Virus record (IMG/VR): IMGVR_UViG_3300005826_000037
Coordinates: 1 to 64,000 of that record
Reading direction: 5' to 3' (one strand)
Length of the DNA stretch: 64,000 nt
Source of the DNA: a virus
Under the pieces are notes generated by a model, which searched no databases, was not told where the DNA came from, and was given only the letters and a program-made list of their open reading frames with translations. Position numbers and translations under genes: made by a program. Positions 28,889 through 39,300 of this stretch are shown here, piece after piece (position 1 is the first letter of the stretch; each line of letters opens with the position of its first letter).

Positions 28889-29598
28889 TAAACTGCCCCT
28901 TGATGTCTTATTCTATAAATGCCATCACTCCAGTTCTTTTTAGATGATAATGGACGTAGATTATCTAAAGACCAACATTGTTTAAACTCTTCATCTTCCA
29001 TAGATGTATATTTAAAAGTACTTTGTGGTATAACATGATCAATCTGCCAAGTCCAAGTAGATTGATCATTGTCATCCCATGTGTTTACATTGTACTTGCC
29101 ATAATTATCCCAACTCATCCATGGTTCAAATTGTGACTCTAAGTGAACATTTAATTCTTGTATAGAATATGGTAAAAACCTCAAACATGAGTTATTTTGT
29201 TTAGTAGAGTAATTTCTCTTAAGCCCCCTATAAATGGCTTTTGAAATTACCTTCCTAATTCTAAAACACGAATCAATATTATATCTATTAGTAACATACT
29301 TCTGTCTTGAAATTAATATTTTTGATTTATTATTCTCATAATAAACTCTATTCCATTCTTTCTTTTTTTCTTGATATCTTTCTTTTATATCTTCTTTATG
29401 TTCTGTATAATAGGTTTTACTTATTTCTCTTAATTTTTCAATATTATTTTGTCTATATTTTAAATGCCTATCTTTATTTTCTTTTGTTTCACATTTTTTA
29501 CAGACCCACCTATAATATAATTTTTCTTTCCTAACAATAGATCTAAAATCAGACATATTTTTTTCTTCCCTGCATTTTTTACAAATTCTGGTATTCAT
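28888..29598 (-). CDS. Free-standing HNH-type homing endonuclease (paralog of 1123-1902)
   Basis: CKKC...CKKC zinc finger; C-terminal WTWQIDHVIPQS...CWSLDNLRPLSS very similar to the first copy. Confidence 0.8.
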   Translation of the reverse strand: MNTRICKKCREEKNMSDFRSIVRKEKLYYRWVCKKCETKENKDRHLKYRQNNIEKLREISKTYYTEHKEDIKERYQEKKKEWNRVYYENNKSKILISRQKYVTNRYNIDSCFRIRKVISKAIYRGLKRNYSTKQNNSCLRFLPYSIQELNVHLESQFEPWMSWDNYGKYNVNTWDDNDQSTWTWQIDHVIPQSTFKYTSMEDEEFKQCWSLDNLRPLSSKKNWSDGIYRIRHQGAV

Positions 29599-29640
29599 AT
29601 TTTTTCCAAGCGCTCAAGACATATCTAATATGTATATATC

Positions 29641-30072
29641 TTATATTGTAGATACTCTGAAAACTGTTGTAATTGGTTTTAGTCCTTTTGTTATTGCACC
29701 AATTCTAACATCAAATAATCTAGGATCTATTCGATTTCTGACTATAGATATTTCTGATATTGCACTTATCTGTTCATCGGCTGATACGCGTTGGAATGAT
29801 CGTACTTGTAATTCTTGTAATGAGATAAGCATATTCAATGCAGTACTTAGTTGAGATTTTCCCATTTGCACCAAAACTGATGTATGGGATGGATTGCCAA
29901 CAATAGTTCTTGACAAATAAGACCCATACCAAGGCTGCATTGGATTTGCCCCATTTGTTGTGAGACAAATTTTTAGAATATCTTGGATTAATTTTTCTGA
30001 ATCAACAACTGTTTGCAATTCTGAGTTATTGATTACTAAATCACCATTTTTAAGCTTTAAGTCAAATGACAT
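29641..30072 (-). CDS. gp25/GpW-like baseplate wedge (sheath initiator)
   Basis: DLKLKNGDL, KLIQDILKICLT-x-x-G-x-NP-x-x-PWYGS; position before J; AGGAG RBS. Confidence 0.8.
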   Translation of the reverse strand: MSFDLKLKNGDLVINNSELQTVVDSEKLIQDILKICLTTNGANPMQPWYGSYLSRTIVGNPSHTSVLVQMGKSQLSTALNMLISLQELQVRSFQRVSADEQISAISEISIVRNRIDPRLFDVRIGAITKGLKPITTVFRVSTI

Positions 30073-30134
30073 GGTGCGCTCCTACTCCTTCATATGCAGA
30101 AATATTAGATAAACCTGCATGTGTGTTAAAATAC

Positions 30135-31808
30135 TTAAGAGCGCGTACTATTAGAGAGTTCATTCTCATATAGCTTATCCATAAGACTATAAAATTGTTT
30201 AACATTTGTTGTTAAAGATGAGATTGAAAGTTCAAGAGTTGAACGTTCTGCAGAAGGCTTATTTAATGCACTCTTCATTCTGTCAAAAGCATCATCATCT
30301 AGAAAACCATACAAGTTCTCTAATGGCATAATATATAATGATCCAATAACTGCAATAATATCACAAAGACCTAAACCACTAAACTCACCCATTATTATTT
30401 CTACAATCTTTAATGCTTCATTAGCTTGTTTAATCCACTTAGTTCTAACTTTATCCATTTCATCATATGATTTAGTGGATACATTATTCTCTTCATCGGG
30501 ATTTTGTGCGTCAAATATATTAACGAACTCCCCGCCAGAAAAAACAAAATTACCTTTAGATTCAGCAGTATCATATTTCTTCGCTGCTTGTGCAACCATC
30601 TTATTAAATAGAGCTATAGTCATATCATAATCTAATTTGGTTGTTAAAACTTTTTTATTTGAAATATCTTTATTTACCAATAAACTTCTTACAGATGACC
30701 CGCCTTCTGGTCCAATTTTAGATGGTATTGGTAACCAATAATATTGCTTCTGAACCTTTTCAATAGAATTCTTTTGAGCATCTACTAACTCTCTTATCAT
30801 CTCTTTAATGATCTCTATAAATTTAATAAAATATGTCTGTTCAGTAACAGTGGTCCCACTTAAATAGCTAAGAGAATATTTTATAAGATCTTCATCTACA
30901 ATATTCTGATTGTTACTAATAAATTCAGTAATTGTCTTTGAGGCAGTTCCAGAAGTTTTAGGATCTATAACTGCCGATCTGTCTTCAATTACTTTTTCGA
31001 TCCAAGGTCTTTTTACAGAGTCTACTTCTGTTGATCTAAGTTTTGAAGCATCTGTAACAAATGGAACGGCAACCATTTGTTTAGTTGGAACTGTAATGTC
31101 ATATCTTGCATCAGTCAAGAAAGGAGTAATAATGTGATACCTTTTGTCCTGCAACTTAGATGTTGGTACAGCTCCATTAGCTGCAACATATTCTGTCAAT
31201 TTTGGTCTAAATTTTCCTACTCTTCCTTCTAACGATAATTTGTATGATTGAGTCTCTGGGTCCATATCTTCTAAAGAATCTTCAATATTTTCTGTTGCTA
31301 TAGCAAACTTCCTTGTATTTGCGCTAGAAGAAAGAGCAACAACACAAGCATCAATGGTTGTATTATTAGAAAATAATGCCAAAAAATCCTGAGCAAATGT
31401 TTCTCTCTTATCAGACAACTTAACAAAATTATCTTTCATACTGGATCTTATTTCTTCTTTATCTGCTTGTTTGATCTTTTTTGATGAAGAAAAATGTTTA
31501 TCATATCCTGGATTATAAAAATTTGTTCCATTATAGACAGGAAAGCCAATTAATCTATAAAATGCATGACATCTACTTTCTTGATAATCAATTTCTGGTT
31601 TTAATAAAGACCTAATAGAATTAGTTCTGGCTGTGGTATCTTTCATCTTATTTTTGATAAGACCTTTATTCTGAGGGCTTGTAACATTTGTTTTACTCCT
31701 CATTTCATCAATAGGCTTAATGAAAGACTCATACACCTTAATAATATCAATTTGATAGTCTTGGGTGCTTTGATAATTCTTTTGATTAGTGTTATCAGTC
31801 TCCGCCAT
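30135..31808 (-). CDS. Hypothetical protein in the baseplate module
   Basis: 557-aa ORF coupled by TAATG overlap; no recognisable motif. Confidence 0.7.
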   Translation of the reverse strand: MAETDNTNQKNYQSTQDYQIDIIKVYESFIKPIDEMRSKTNVTSPQNKGLIKNKMKDTTARTNSIRSLLKPEIDYQESRCHAFYRLIGFPVYNGTNFYNPGYDKHFSSSKKIKQADKEEIRSSMKDNFVKLSDKRETFAQDFLALFSNNTTIDACVVALSSSANTRKFAIATENIEDSLEDMDPETQSYKLSLEGRVGKFRPKLTEYVAANGAVPTSKLQDKRYHIITPFLTDARYDITVPTKQMVAVPFVTDASKLRSTEVDSVKRPWIEKVIEDRSAVIDPKTSGTASKTITEFISNNQNIVDEDLIKYSLSYLSGTTVTEQTYFIKFIEIIKEMIRELVDAQKNSIEKVQKQYYWLPIPSKIGPEGGSSVRSLLVNKDISNKKVLTTKLDYDMTIALFNKMVAQAAKKYDTAESKGNFVFSGGEFVNIFDAQNPDEENNVSTKSYDEMDKVRTKWIKQANEALKIVEIIMGEFSGLGLCDIIAVIGSLYIMPLENLYGFLDDDAFDRMKSALNKPSAERSTLELSISSLTTNVKQFYSLMDKLYENELSNSTRS

Positions 31809-34012
31809 TATGAACCATCCCTGCCGCCTGAATTATGACCCGCAGCCGCTTGGTCACCAGCATCTCTTCTTGGCTTGGTTGTCGAATCACCATCAGATGT
31901 TGGGACTGTTGGTGAGAATGGAGATACAGGAGCATAAATAAACCTATAATCAAGTGTATTTAAAACACGAGAAGGATCTTCATCAATATTATCTGGAAGA
32001 TTATTCGTACAGAAAATTTGATCATCAAATGAAACCATTAATTGACCAGAACCAGGGTCTTTACTAGTTATATTTGCTGTAAATGAAGAATATCCATCAT
32101 AAGCAAAATTGGTAACATCACCAAATGTTGCGTGAGCTTTCATCTTTTTCGATAGATTATTTCCAATATCTGACGTTAATGATGATGCAATGCCATATCC
32201 GTTTCTTTCCCTTAAAGTTGCTGTAATTACTATTGGTTGTGTTGTGAACTGTTTAGTGTGACTTATTTCAAAATCACTACTACAAGCATCAAAACCTAAC
32301 TCAACAATATTTCCCAAAGCAGAGTTTGCATCATCACTTAATTTAGACATACATGCCAAAGCTGTTGCTTGAAATTGTGCTATACCCTCAACTGTTAAGT
32401 TTCCACGGAAACCCGCAATAGCAGTGGACAAACATTGCTGTGCACCCTCAATGTCTGGGAAACCATTTGCAACTTCCATTGCGCTACCCAACAAAGATAA
32501 CTTAAGAGCAACATCTCCAGCAATAGCCTCATTAACAAAAGTACGATCAAGTGATACATCAGGAATACATCCTGCAGTAATAATATCCTTACTCCATAAA
32601 ACCTCATGATTTGGTTTGAATATATATTCAACGTTTTCATAGAAAATATATCCATCATCTTGATTTGGATTTGGATTATCAGTATTTATATCTTGCATAT
32701 GAAAGAAATTATTCAGGGTTGCCTGTGTAGATAATTTTGCATATCCATCTTCTGCATAACCATACAAAATACTACCATCATCTTCATAACCTAAACCACC
32801 ACCTATATAACATACTCCTGTTGGTACAGATTGGTTGCTATTATCATAAAATTTAAAATTAGATGATGGTACTTGCAACATAACACAATCTTTAAATTGA
32901 ATCCATCGAGGATCTCCATCAGAAGAATTAGTTCTATTATATGTTGCAGGATTATAAAACATCCTCAAATCAAATGTATATGGAGCTTGTTTTGGTGGAG
33001 TTGCTGAAGTATAAGTTGAATCTGTTGGGAAAAACACTGGTTTTGGCGTATCAGAAATATCATAAGCATCATATATATTACTAAATGCTTGATTCTGTTC
33101 TTGATATACATCAAAAAATTGAAAACTTTCTGCTCTATATTCAAATGAGAAGGATGGTAATAATGAAAATGTTCTATTAATTTTCCTATAATATTGAAGT
33201 GTCCCTGTTATTCTCTCATAATCATTTTTTACAATCTCAGGACAAACTTCTGCATCACAACAATTGTCTGCATTAGTACTACCAACACTACTAGTACTAC
33301 CATCTCCACATGGAGGAATAGCAAATGCTAAACTCAAAATATCTCTAATAACTCCAAAAACAATATTAAATAGAGCGAGAAGAACAAATAAGTTCTGGAA
33401 TATACAAAGCAATGCACCTAACTTCTGAGCAATAGCCAAAATTGCATTATCATTCGCATCTCTAAATGCATTTGATAGTGCTAAAATGTTTCTTAAAATA
33501 AGTTGAATAAATTTGATTATTTGTTCAATTATATATTTAATCAAAGCTAGCAATAATAGTAGCAATGAAATTATCATAATGATAAGAGCCCATAATGGGA
33601 ATAGATTTAGAAAATCAGGAATACATCTTCTAAATAATCTTTTAACTGCTCTTAATACTTTGAATGGATTTTTTAAGGCGCAAAGAACTTCTATGACACA
33701 TAATAGTAACTTTAATAATGGGAGGAAAAACTTATACATCATAAGGTAAGGCATAAATTGATCAAGTAATTTCATAATCGCATCAAAAATATCCTTACCA
33801 AAATTAGGATTTAACTGTGGTAATAACGCTCCTGGAGGAATGAGCATTTGCAATTGATTCAATAAATCTAATAGATTCTCTGGAAATCCTTCTGGAAATG
33901 GATTGATGTTAGGTAGTTTAAGGGAAAAAGGCACCCCAAAACCTGGAATTGCAATTCCACTAGGACCATCAGGTAAATCTATTGATACATCATTTGGGCT
34001 ACATGGTGTCAT
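31808..34012 (-). CDS. Virion-associated protein with long hydrophobic helices and C-terminal Ig/invasin-like domain
   Basis: Hydrophobic stretches WALIIMIISLLLLLLALI and LFVLLALFNIVFGVI; ITATLRE...FTANITS...GSGQLMVSF resembles Big_1. Confidence 0.55.
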   Translation of the reverse strand: MTPCSPNDVSIDLPDGPSGIAIPGFGVPFSLKLPNINPFPEGFPENLLDLLNQLQMLIPPGALLPQLNPNFGKDIFDAIMKLLDQFMPYLMMYKFFLPLLKLLLCVIEVLCALKNPFKVLRAVKRLFRRCIPDFLNLFPLWALIIMIISLLLLLLALIKYIIEQIIKFIQLILRNILALSNAFRDANDNAILAIAQKLGALLCIFQNLFVLLALFNIVFGVIRDILSLAFAIPPCGDGSTSSVGSTNADNCCDAEVCPEIVKNDYERITGTLQYYRKINRTFSLLPSFSFEYRAESFQFFDVYQEQNQAFSNIYDAYDISDTPKPVFFPTDSTYTSATPPKQAPYTFDLRMFYNPATYNRTNSSDGDPRWIQFKDCVMLQVPSSNFKFYDNSNQSVPTGVCYIGGGLGYEDDGSILYGYAEDGYAKLSTQATLNNFFHMQDINTDNPNPNQDDGYIFYENVEYIFKPNHEVLWSKDIITAGCIPDVSLDRTFVNEAIAGDVALKLSLLGSAMEVANGFPDIEGAQQCLSTAIAGFRGNLTVEGIAQFQATALACMSKLSDDANSALGNIVELGFDACSSDFEISHTKQFTTQPIVITATLRERNGYGIASSLTSDIGNNLSKKMKAHATFGDVTNFAYDGYSSFTANITSKDPGSGQLMVSFDDQIFCTNNLPDNIDEDPSRVLNTLDYRFIYAPVSPFSPTVPTSDGDSTTKPRRDAGDQAAAGHNSGGRDGS

Positions 34013-34029
34013 GCTTGTATATATATCAG

Positions 34030-34377
34030 TTAGTTTTGACCAGGAACTTTAGGCTCTAATACGCCAATATCTGATGTTTTCTTATTCAATGATCTTTCTA
34101 TTTCGGCAATACATTTATCAAGAACTGACTCAATTGCTGCGTCTACTTTCACAATATCAACAGAATCAATATCATGATAAATCATAACCTTAGCTGCAGC
34201 TTTCCATAAATCTCTTTTTATATCTTCTTTAAGATCATCAAAAGCATATGTATCAATTTCTGTTGCTGTTACTTTGGCAGCAGCCATTGCATTCTTTGCA
34301 AGTTTCTCCATTCCTTGATCATTTGCTTCTTGTGCCTGGAGTACAATTTTTGTTGTTGTTGATTTAATATTTTTCAT
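34030..34377 (-). CDS. Hypothetical protein
   Basis: 115-aa helical ORF with ATGA overlap on the spike gene. Confidence 0.65.
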   Translation of the reverse strand: MKNIKSTTTKIVLQAQEANDQGMEKLAKNAMAAAKVTATEIDTYAFDDLKEDIKRDLWKAAAKVMIYHDIDSVDIVKVDAAIESVLDKCIAEIERSLNKKTSDIGVLEPKVPGQN

Positions 34378-36386
34378 ATTGAGCCACCAAAACCCTTCAT
34401 TACTGGTCTTTCCTGTATTTTAACAATTTCTGCTTGAATATCTATAGTTGCATCAGATGATATCTTCATGCCTTGTGATGCGTGTATTTGCAAAAATGAT
34501 GGAGTCATAATCTTTACGCCATCATTATCAATTCTTATCATATGAGCATAACCACCATCAGTTATTACTCTTAAATCTAATACCGCACCATAATTACCAT
34601 TATTAGATTTAGCAAATCTGCTATCTGTTGCAACACCAACCCCACCAATTTGCATATAAACATCGCCATCCATATTCATAGCTAAACTTTTATTTGTCAA
34701 ATCTCTTCCAATATTACCAACAATTCCACCAGCCATATCAATCCATAGAGATTGGCGATCAATAGTATTAGCCCCAATATTAAATTCTAAAGACCCGTCA
34801 AAATTTATTGAACCACTACGACCGCCAGCATTAGCATTTTCCCCACTAACATATATTGTATCACTAACAACAGATGATAAATGTGCATTAGCCTCAACTA
34901 TATCATCAATGTTTATATTCCTATACGTTGATGTATCTGCCTGATATCTAATATAGTCATCTCCAGTAAAAGCATAACATGTTGACAAAATATCATGATA
35001 TGCTGTGCCATGTTTTATATGCTTTTCAGTAATTCTATCAAGAGGTGTTCCATCTGCATCTCCATTCTTAATTGATATTGAACCTCTATTTTTTGATCCT
35101 GTATCAATTCCATCAACAGTTTTTGATTCTGAAAATCGCTTAAAATCTGGAGCAGGAAATGAATCATGAAGTATATCAAGATTATCTTCTCTATAAAATA
35201 AAGCATCTGGATTATCTGTCAATGTAGAATAGTTTTCATATCTAGTTAATAATGGAATGTTGCCAGTTTCACTAGATGCAGGAACATTTATTTTAAATTG
35301 ACCCTCTTTATCAACATCAATAAAAAATCTACTTCTATCTCTACCATAATCTTCATTAGAGTCTATATCTGGCAGTACAACCTTGCCATCTTGACCTGTT
35401 AGATCTTTTCTAGCATTAATCTCAAAATGGTATGCAATACTCTTTCTTTCAAGAGCTTTAATTGCTAAAAATGATGCAGTTTTATCTTCACTTTTTTCAG
35501 ACTTAATTGTTTCATTCTCTCCGCCTACAGGAATTGGATATCTATTAAGATCTAAAATGTTTCCGAAAATATCTATAACTGTTCCCTTAACAGTTTCCAT
35601 TAGATAATTTGGTTCATAAAGAGTTAAGCTTAAAGTATCTGCTCTACTATTTCTTCTGCTTATATAATTTAAATCAACAGACTCATCTTCGCTATTCCCA
35701 TACAAACGAGACTCTGTAACATTGTCTGCAACATCAGCTTCTAATTGAAACTCATATACCTGTTCTCTCTTTTCAACAAAAGCCGGATTTTTATTAGAAC
35801 CAGAAACTACACTGATAGATACAGAAGGATCCATTCCTATCTTATAATAGTATTTATCATAATCATCACTTGTAAGCTTTATAGATTGTGGAAACTTTTT
35901 ATTAATTTTTAGATCTCTTTTTACAAGTCCGTTTATTGATCTTGACGCTTGTGTAAAACTAAACTCCTCATCAAAATTATAACTAGCTATTCCAGTGCCA
36001 GCATTTAGACGTATATTATTAATATCAGAGCCTATTTTAATATTGTAATTTCCATCAAGCGTGATTTTAGTGCTATCATTACTTTGAAGTAAAAGCTCGT
36101 CTTTTTTTATAGATGGTACATAATCAGTATTTGACGGCTTAAATGATACAAAGAAATACTCTCCACCGCTTCCTTGTCCAACAACAACTGGTGTACCGTT
36201 TTTTGGCAAAGTCCCAACAAATGGTCCGTCATTATTAAATATAGCAGTTGGCAGAATGATTTCTACTGGCTTATTACTACTTGTAGCATTAGCCCCAACA
36301 AGTTTTACTTGCGCTTTGTTAGTTTTTCCATTATAACCAACAATTGTGCCCGTAAATAATAGTCCAACCTCTTCGCTAAATAACAT
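34374..36386 (-). CDS. Baseplate central spike (gp5/gpV/VgrG-like)
   Basis: N-terminal OB-fold pattern GTIVGYN...AQVKL...LPKNGTPVVV; beta-repeat C-terminus; follows the hub gene. Confidence 0.65.
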   Translation of the reverse strand: MLFSEEVGLLFTGTIVGYNGKTNKAQVKLVGANATSSNKPVEIILPTAIFNNDGPFVGTLPKNGTPVVVGQGSGGEYFFVSFKPSNTDYVPSIKKDELLLQSNDSTKITLDGNYNIKIGSDINNIRLNAGTGIASYNFDEEFSFTQASRSINGLVKRDLKINKKFPQSIKLTSDDYDKYYYKIGMDPSVSISVVSGSNKNPAFVEKREQVYEFQLEADVADNVTESRLYGNSEDESVDLNYISRRNSRADTLSLTLYEPNYLMETVKGTVIDIFGNILDLNRYPIPVGGENETIKSEKSEDKTASFLAIKALERKSIAYHFEINARKDLTGQDGKVVLPDIDSNEDYGRDRSRFFIDVDKEGQFKINVPASSETGNIPLLTRYENYSTLTDNPDALFYREDNLDILHDSFPAPDFKRFSESKTVDGIDTGSKNRGSISIKNGDADGTPLDRITEKHIKHGTAYHDILSTCYAFTGDDYIRYQADTSTYRNINIDDIVEANAHLSSVVSDTIYVSGENANAGGRSGSINFDGSLEFNIGANTIDRQSLWIDMAGGIVGNIGRDLTNKSLAMNMDGDVYMQIGGVGVATDSRFAKSNNGNYGAVLDLRVITDGGYAHMIRIDNDGVKIMTPSFLQIHASQGMKISSDATIDIQAEIVKIQERPVMKGFGGSI

Positions 36387-39300
36387 CAGGTTCCCGTCAC
36401 TTCCTGAGCATTCTCATCATCAAAAACAATCCAACAATCAACTATATACCTAATTAAGGTAGATCTTAATTTGTCGCTTTCTTTTACTATATTACCCTGA
36501 CTATTTGTGTTATTATTACTATCTTCTTTGTTTTGTTTATCTGAATCATCTCCACTTGTAGAGGCACGAGAAGCTACTAAATCTCTAACAATATTCCATG
36601 CATTCTGAGAAGGAGATCTTGGATCATCTTCATCATCTAAATTAATAGCTTCTATCACAACCAAATCTTTTGATAATGTTTGTGGGGGATATTTAGATTG
36701 AGTCTCGGCACTAGGCAGATTAGACTGACCAATAAAAGTTTTCATTACTAACTCAGCAAAACCTTCAATAGTCGCATTTGCAGGTTTATCATTACTATAA
36801 TAATATCTTATCTGAACCTTATTGATTGGAGGATTATTATTAACAGAAATCTCATTAGTATTAACATACTGCGAGATAGAATATAGCGCATTCTTAATCT
36901 CTCTTTCATTTTGAAATGAAACCTCATTTTTATCTGCAGTAAAATAATAGCCAGATGTATCTGTATAACTAACAGAATTTGCATCCAATCTTAAAACTGC
37001 TATTGGTTTTTCATTTAAACCACTAGTTTGCCTTTGAACAACTAATGATGATAGATCTCTATTATTATAGATCATCTTACCCATTACATCAAGTGTTGTT
37101 GGAATATACTCACCAGGAGCATGACCATAAGTTAAATTTAGATTTGTTGTAAATCCTGAAGCGTAATTAAATGAATGACTAACTGAATTTATATAATATA
37201 AAAGACCACGATCTTCTATATACACAACTTCTCCCGGTTGCATAAATTCATTACCAGAAATTGTTACATTACCTTTAAGAACCCCTCTTCTTGCTCTACT
37301 CAATAACATACTTGAGTAAGGAGCACATTGAGCATGTGGATTTTGTAAAAACGGAACATTTACTTGGCTAGGTAATTTCAACCCATAATTACGCCACATA
37401 TCATAATCAACAGCTATAGCTGTTGTTAATGGATTTCCTCCACCCGGAAAAGCCCCCTCAAATCCTCCTGGCAAAGCACCTGGAGCAAATTGATTTAAAG
37501 TACCCCTTACTTCCACTCCAGTATATTCTGGAGCGCTTTCCTCAAAACTAAATGATTGAATTTGAGAGTTCTTTATAATATATCTGCTGCCAGATCCGGG
37601 TCCATAATCATCATAAGTTTCATCCTCAATCATATGACTAAAAACCTCAGGAATATTTTCATTAGCATATGAGCTAGGAGATAATAGCATGTTTGAAAAG
37701 GCTTGGTCAGTATCTATAGATTTAAATTCAGTACAATTCTTAAGAGTAGCATAAAATAATCTGATTGCCTTTTGTCTTTCTGCTATTTTCTCTGATAAAT
37801 CTCTTGTAGTCTTGTAAAGATCTGGCACCTGCTCTGTACTACCTTCAACATAATCAAATGTGGTTGTATATGTTTTAAGGTCAACCCTAACACCTGTACG
37901 ATCATAAATTCTATCAGACAATTCATTTATTCTATTCAAAGACCTCTTGTTTTCAATTGCTTGAAAAGGAAAGCCTCCCTGTTTCAAAATTTGAGACCTT
38001 AATGTATCCAAAATGAATTGTGCTCTATCAGGGGCAGAAAATACATCATTTCTAGACTGAGATTGTGATTGAATAGTTTTTATATATGAAGATGGTTCTA
38101 AACTACTGGCATCAGTAACAATATCTTCAATCTTATTAATTGTTCCAGTATACGTATTAGATATAAATTTGAAAGGATCTTTTCCGACAGTATTTTGTTT
38201 AGGTGTATAACCTGTTGATCCGTTGTTGTAAAATTCTATAAATTGAATACACTCATAATCATTATTATACCCAAGTGTAGCACATTGCAATCTTATATAA
38301 TCTTCAACAATCTCTATTTGCTCTTTCAATGATTGTAATTTAGAAGTAAATAGTTCATCAACAAATTCAGGATAAACTTGGGTACCATTACTTCTTTTTT
38401 CCTCAATCATTCTATAAAAAATAGAGCTTGGCATTCTATTATATTGAGGAGCCCTTACTCTAATATGACCTTGTGTATCACAAAAAACTTCAAGATTTAA
38501 AACACCAGCAGTTACCCTTATCTTTTCTAAAACACTAGTAAAATTGTTATTATATAATTTGATGCCATCTAATTCTTGATTATAAGCCAAAATATCATAG
38601 TCCTTATCATAATAATCATCAACTATAAATAAATTCTTATCATCATTAGCTCTCACATTATATGACATTCTTCTTGTCAAGAAATTAACTTGTCTACGTA
38701 ATTGTTTTCTAAACTTAGTTTTTGCTGAAACTTGATTTTGATTAGAATCTGTTATAAATGAATCTATTTCATCACTTGATTCATAAATAACTTCATCACC
38801 ATTTTGAACATAATAATCTTTATCCTGTGTTCTTAATGCAACTATAAGCTGCCTAACACTTTCACCAACTTTACTAAAATCTGCTTCAATCTTTTTTCTA
38901 GCAGGGTTATCATTTACAGAATCATATCCAACTTCTTTAAAAGCATTCCATGTTTGAGTTTCTTCAGCTAATTTCGCATACTTTTGTAAATATTCATCTA
39001 GCCTACTATTAAGTTCTGATATACGAAATTGTCCTTGCAAATGTTTGGCAAATGTAGATTCATCAACAACTAAATTCTTGAATGGAATAAAATTACCCCA
39101 CAAAAGATTATTCTTCGATAAATTTGTTCTTATTGATTCAAAATATGTCTCTGCAGCACTTCTGTTTGTATTAGGATCTCCATCAAAACTACCACCGCCA
39201 ATTGATTTCCAATATGTCGCAAAATTATATGGGACACCAGTAATCAATAAAGACAAAACATTCATAACATCTTGCCCAGCAAATGGGTCTTTATATATTG

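Noticed and set aside
28888-29640. Group I intron around the HNH gene between gp25 and baseplate J
   Set aside because: Both flanking genes look complete and there is no room for a ribozyme core.
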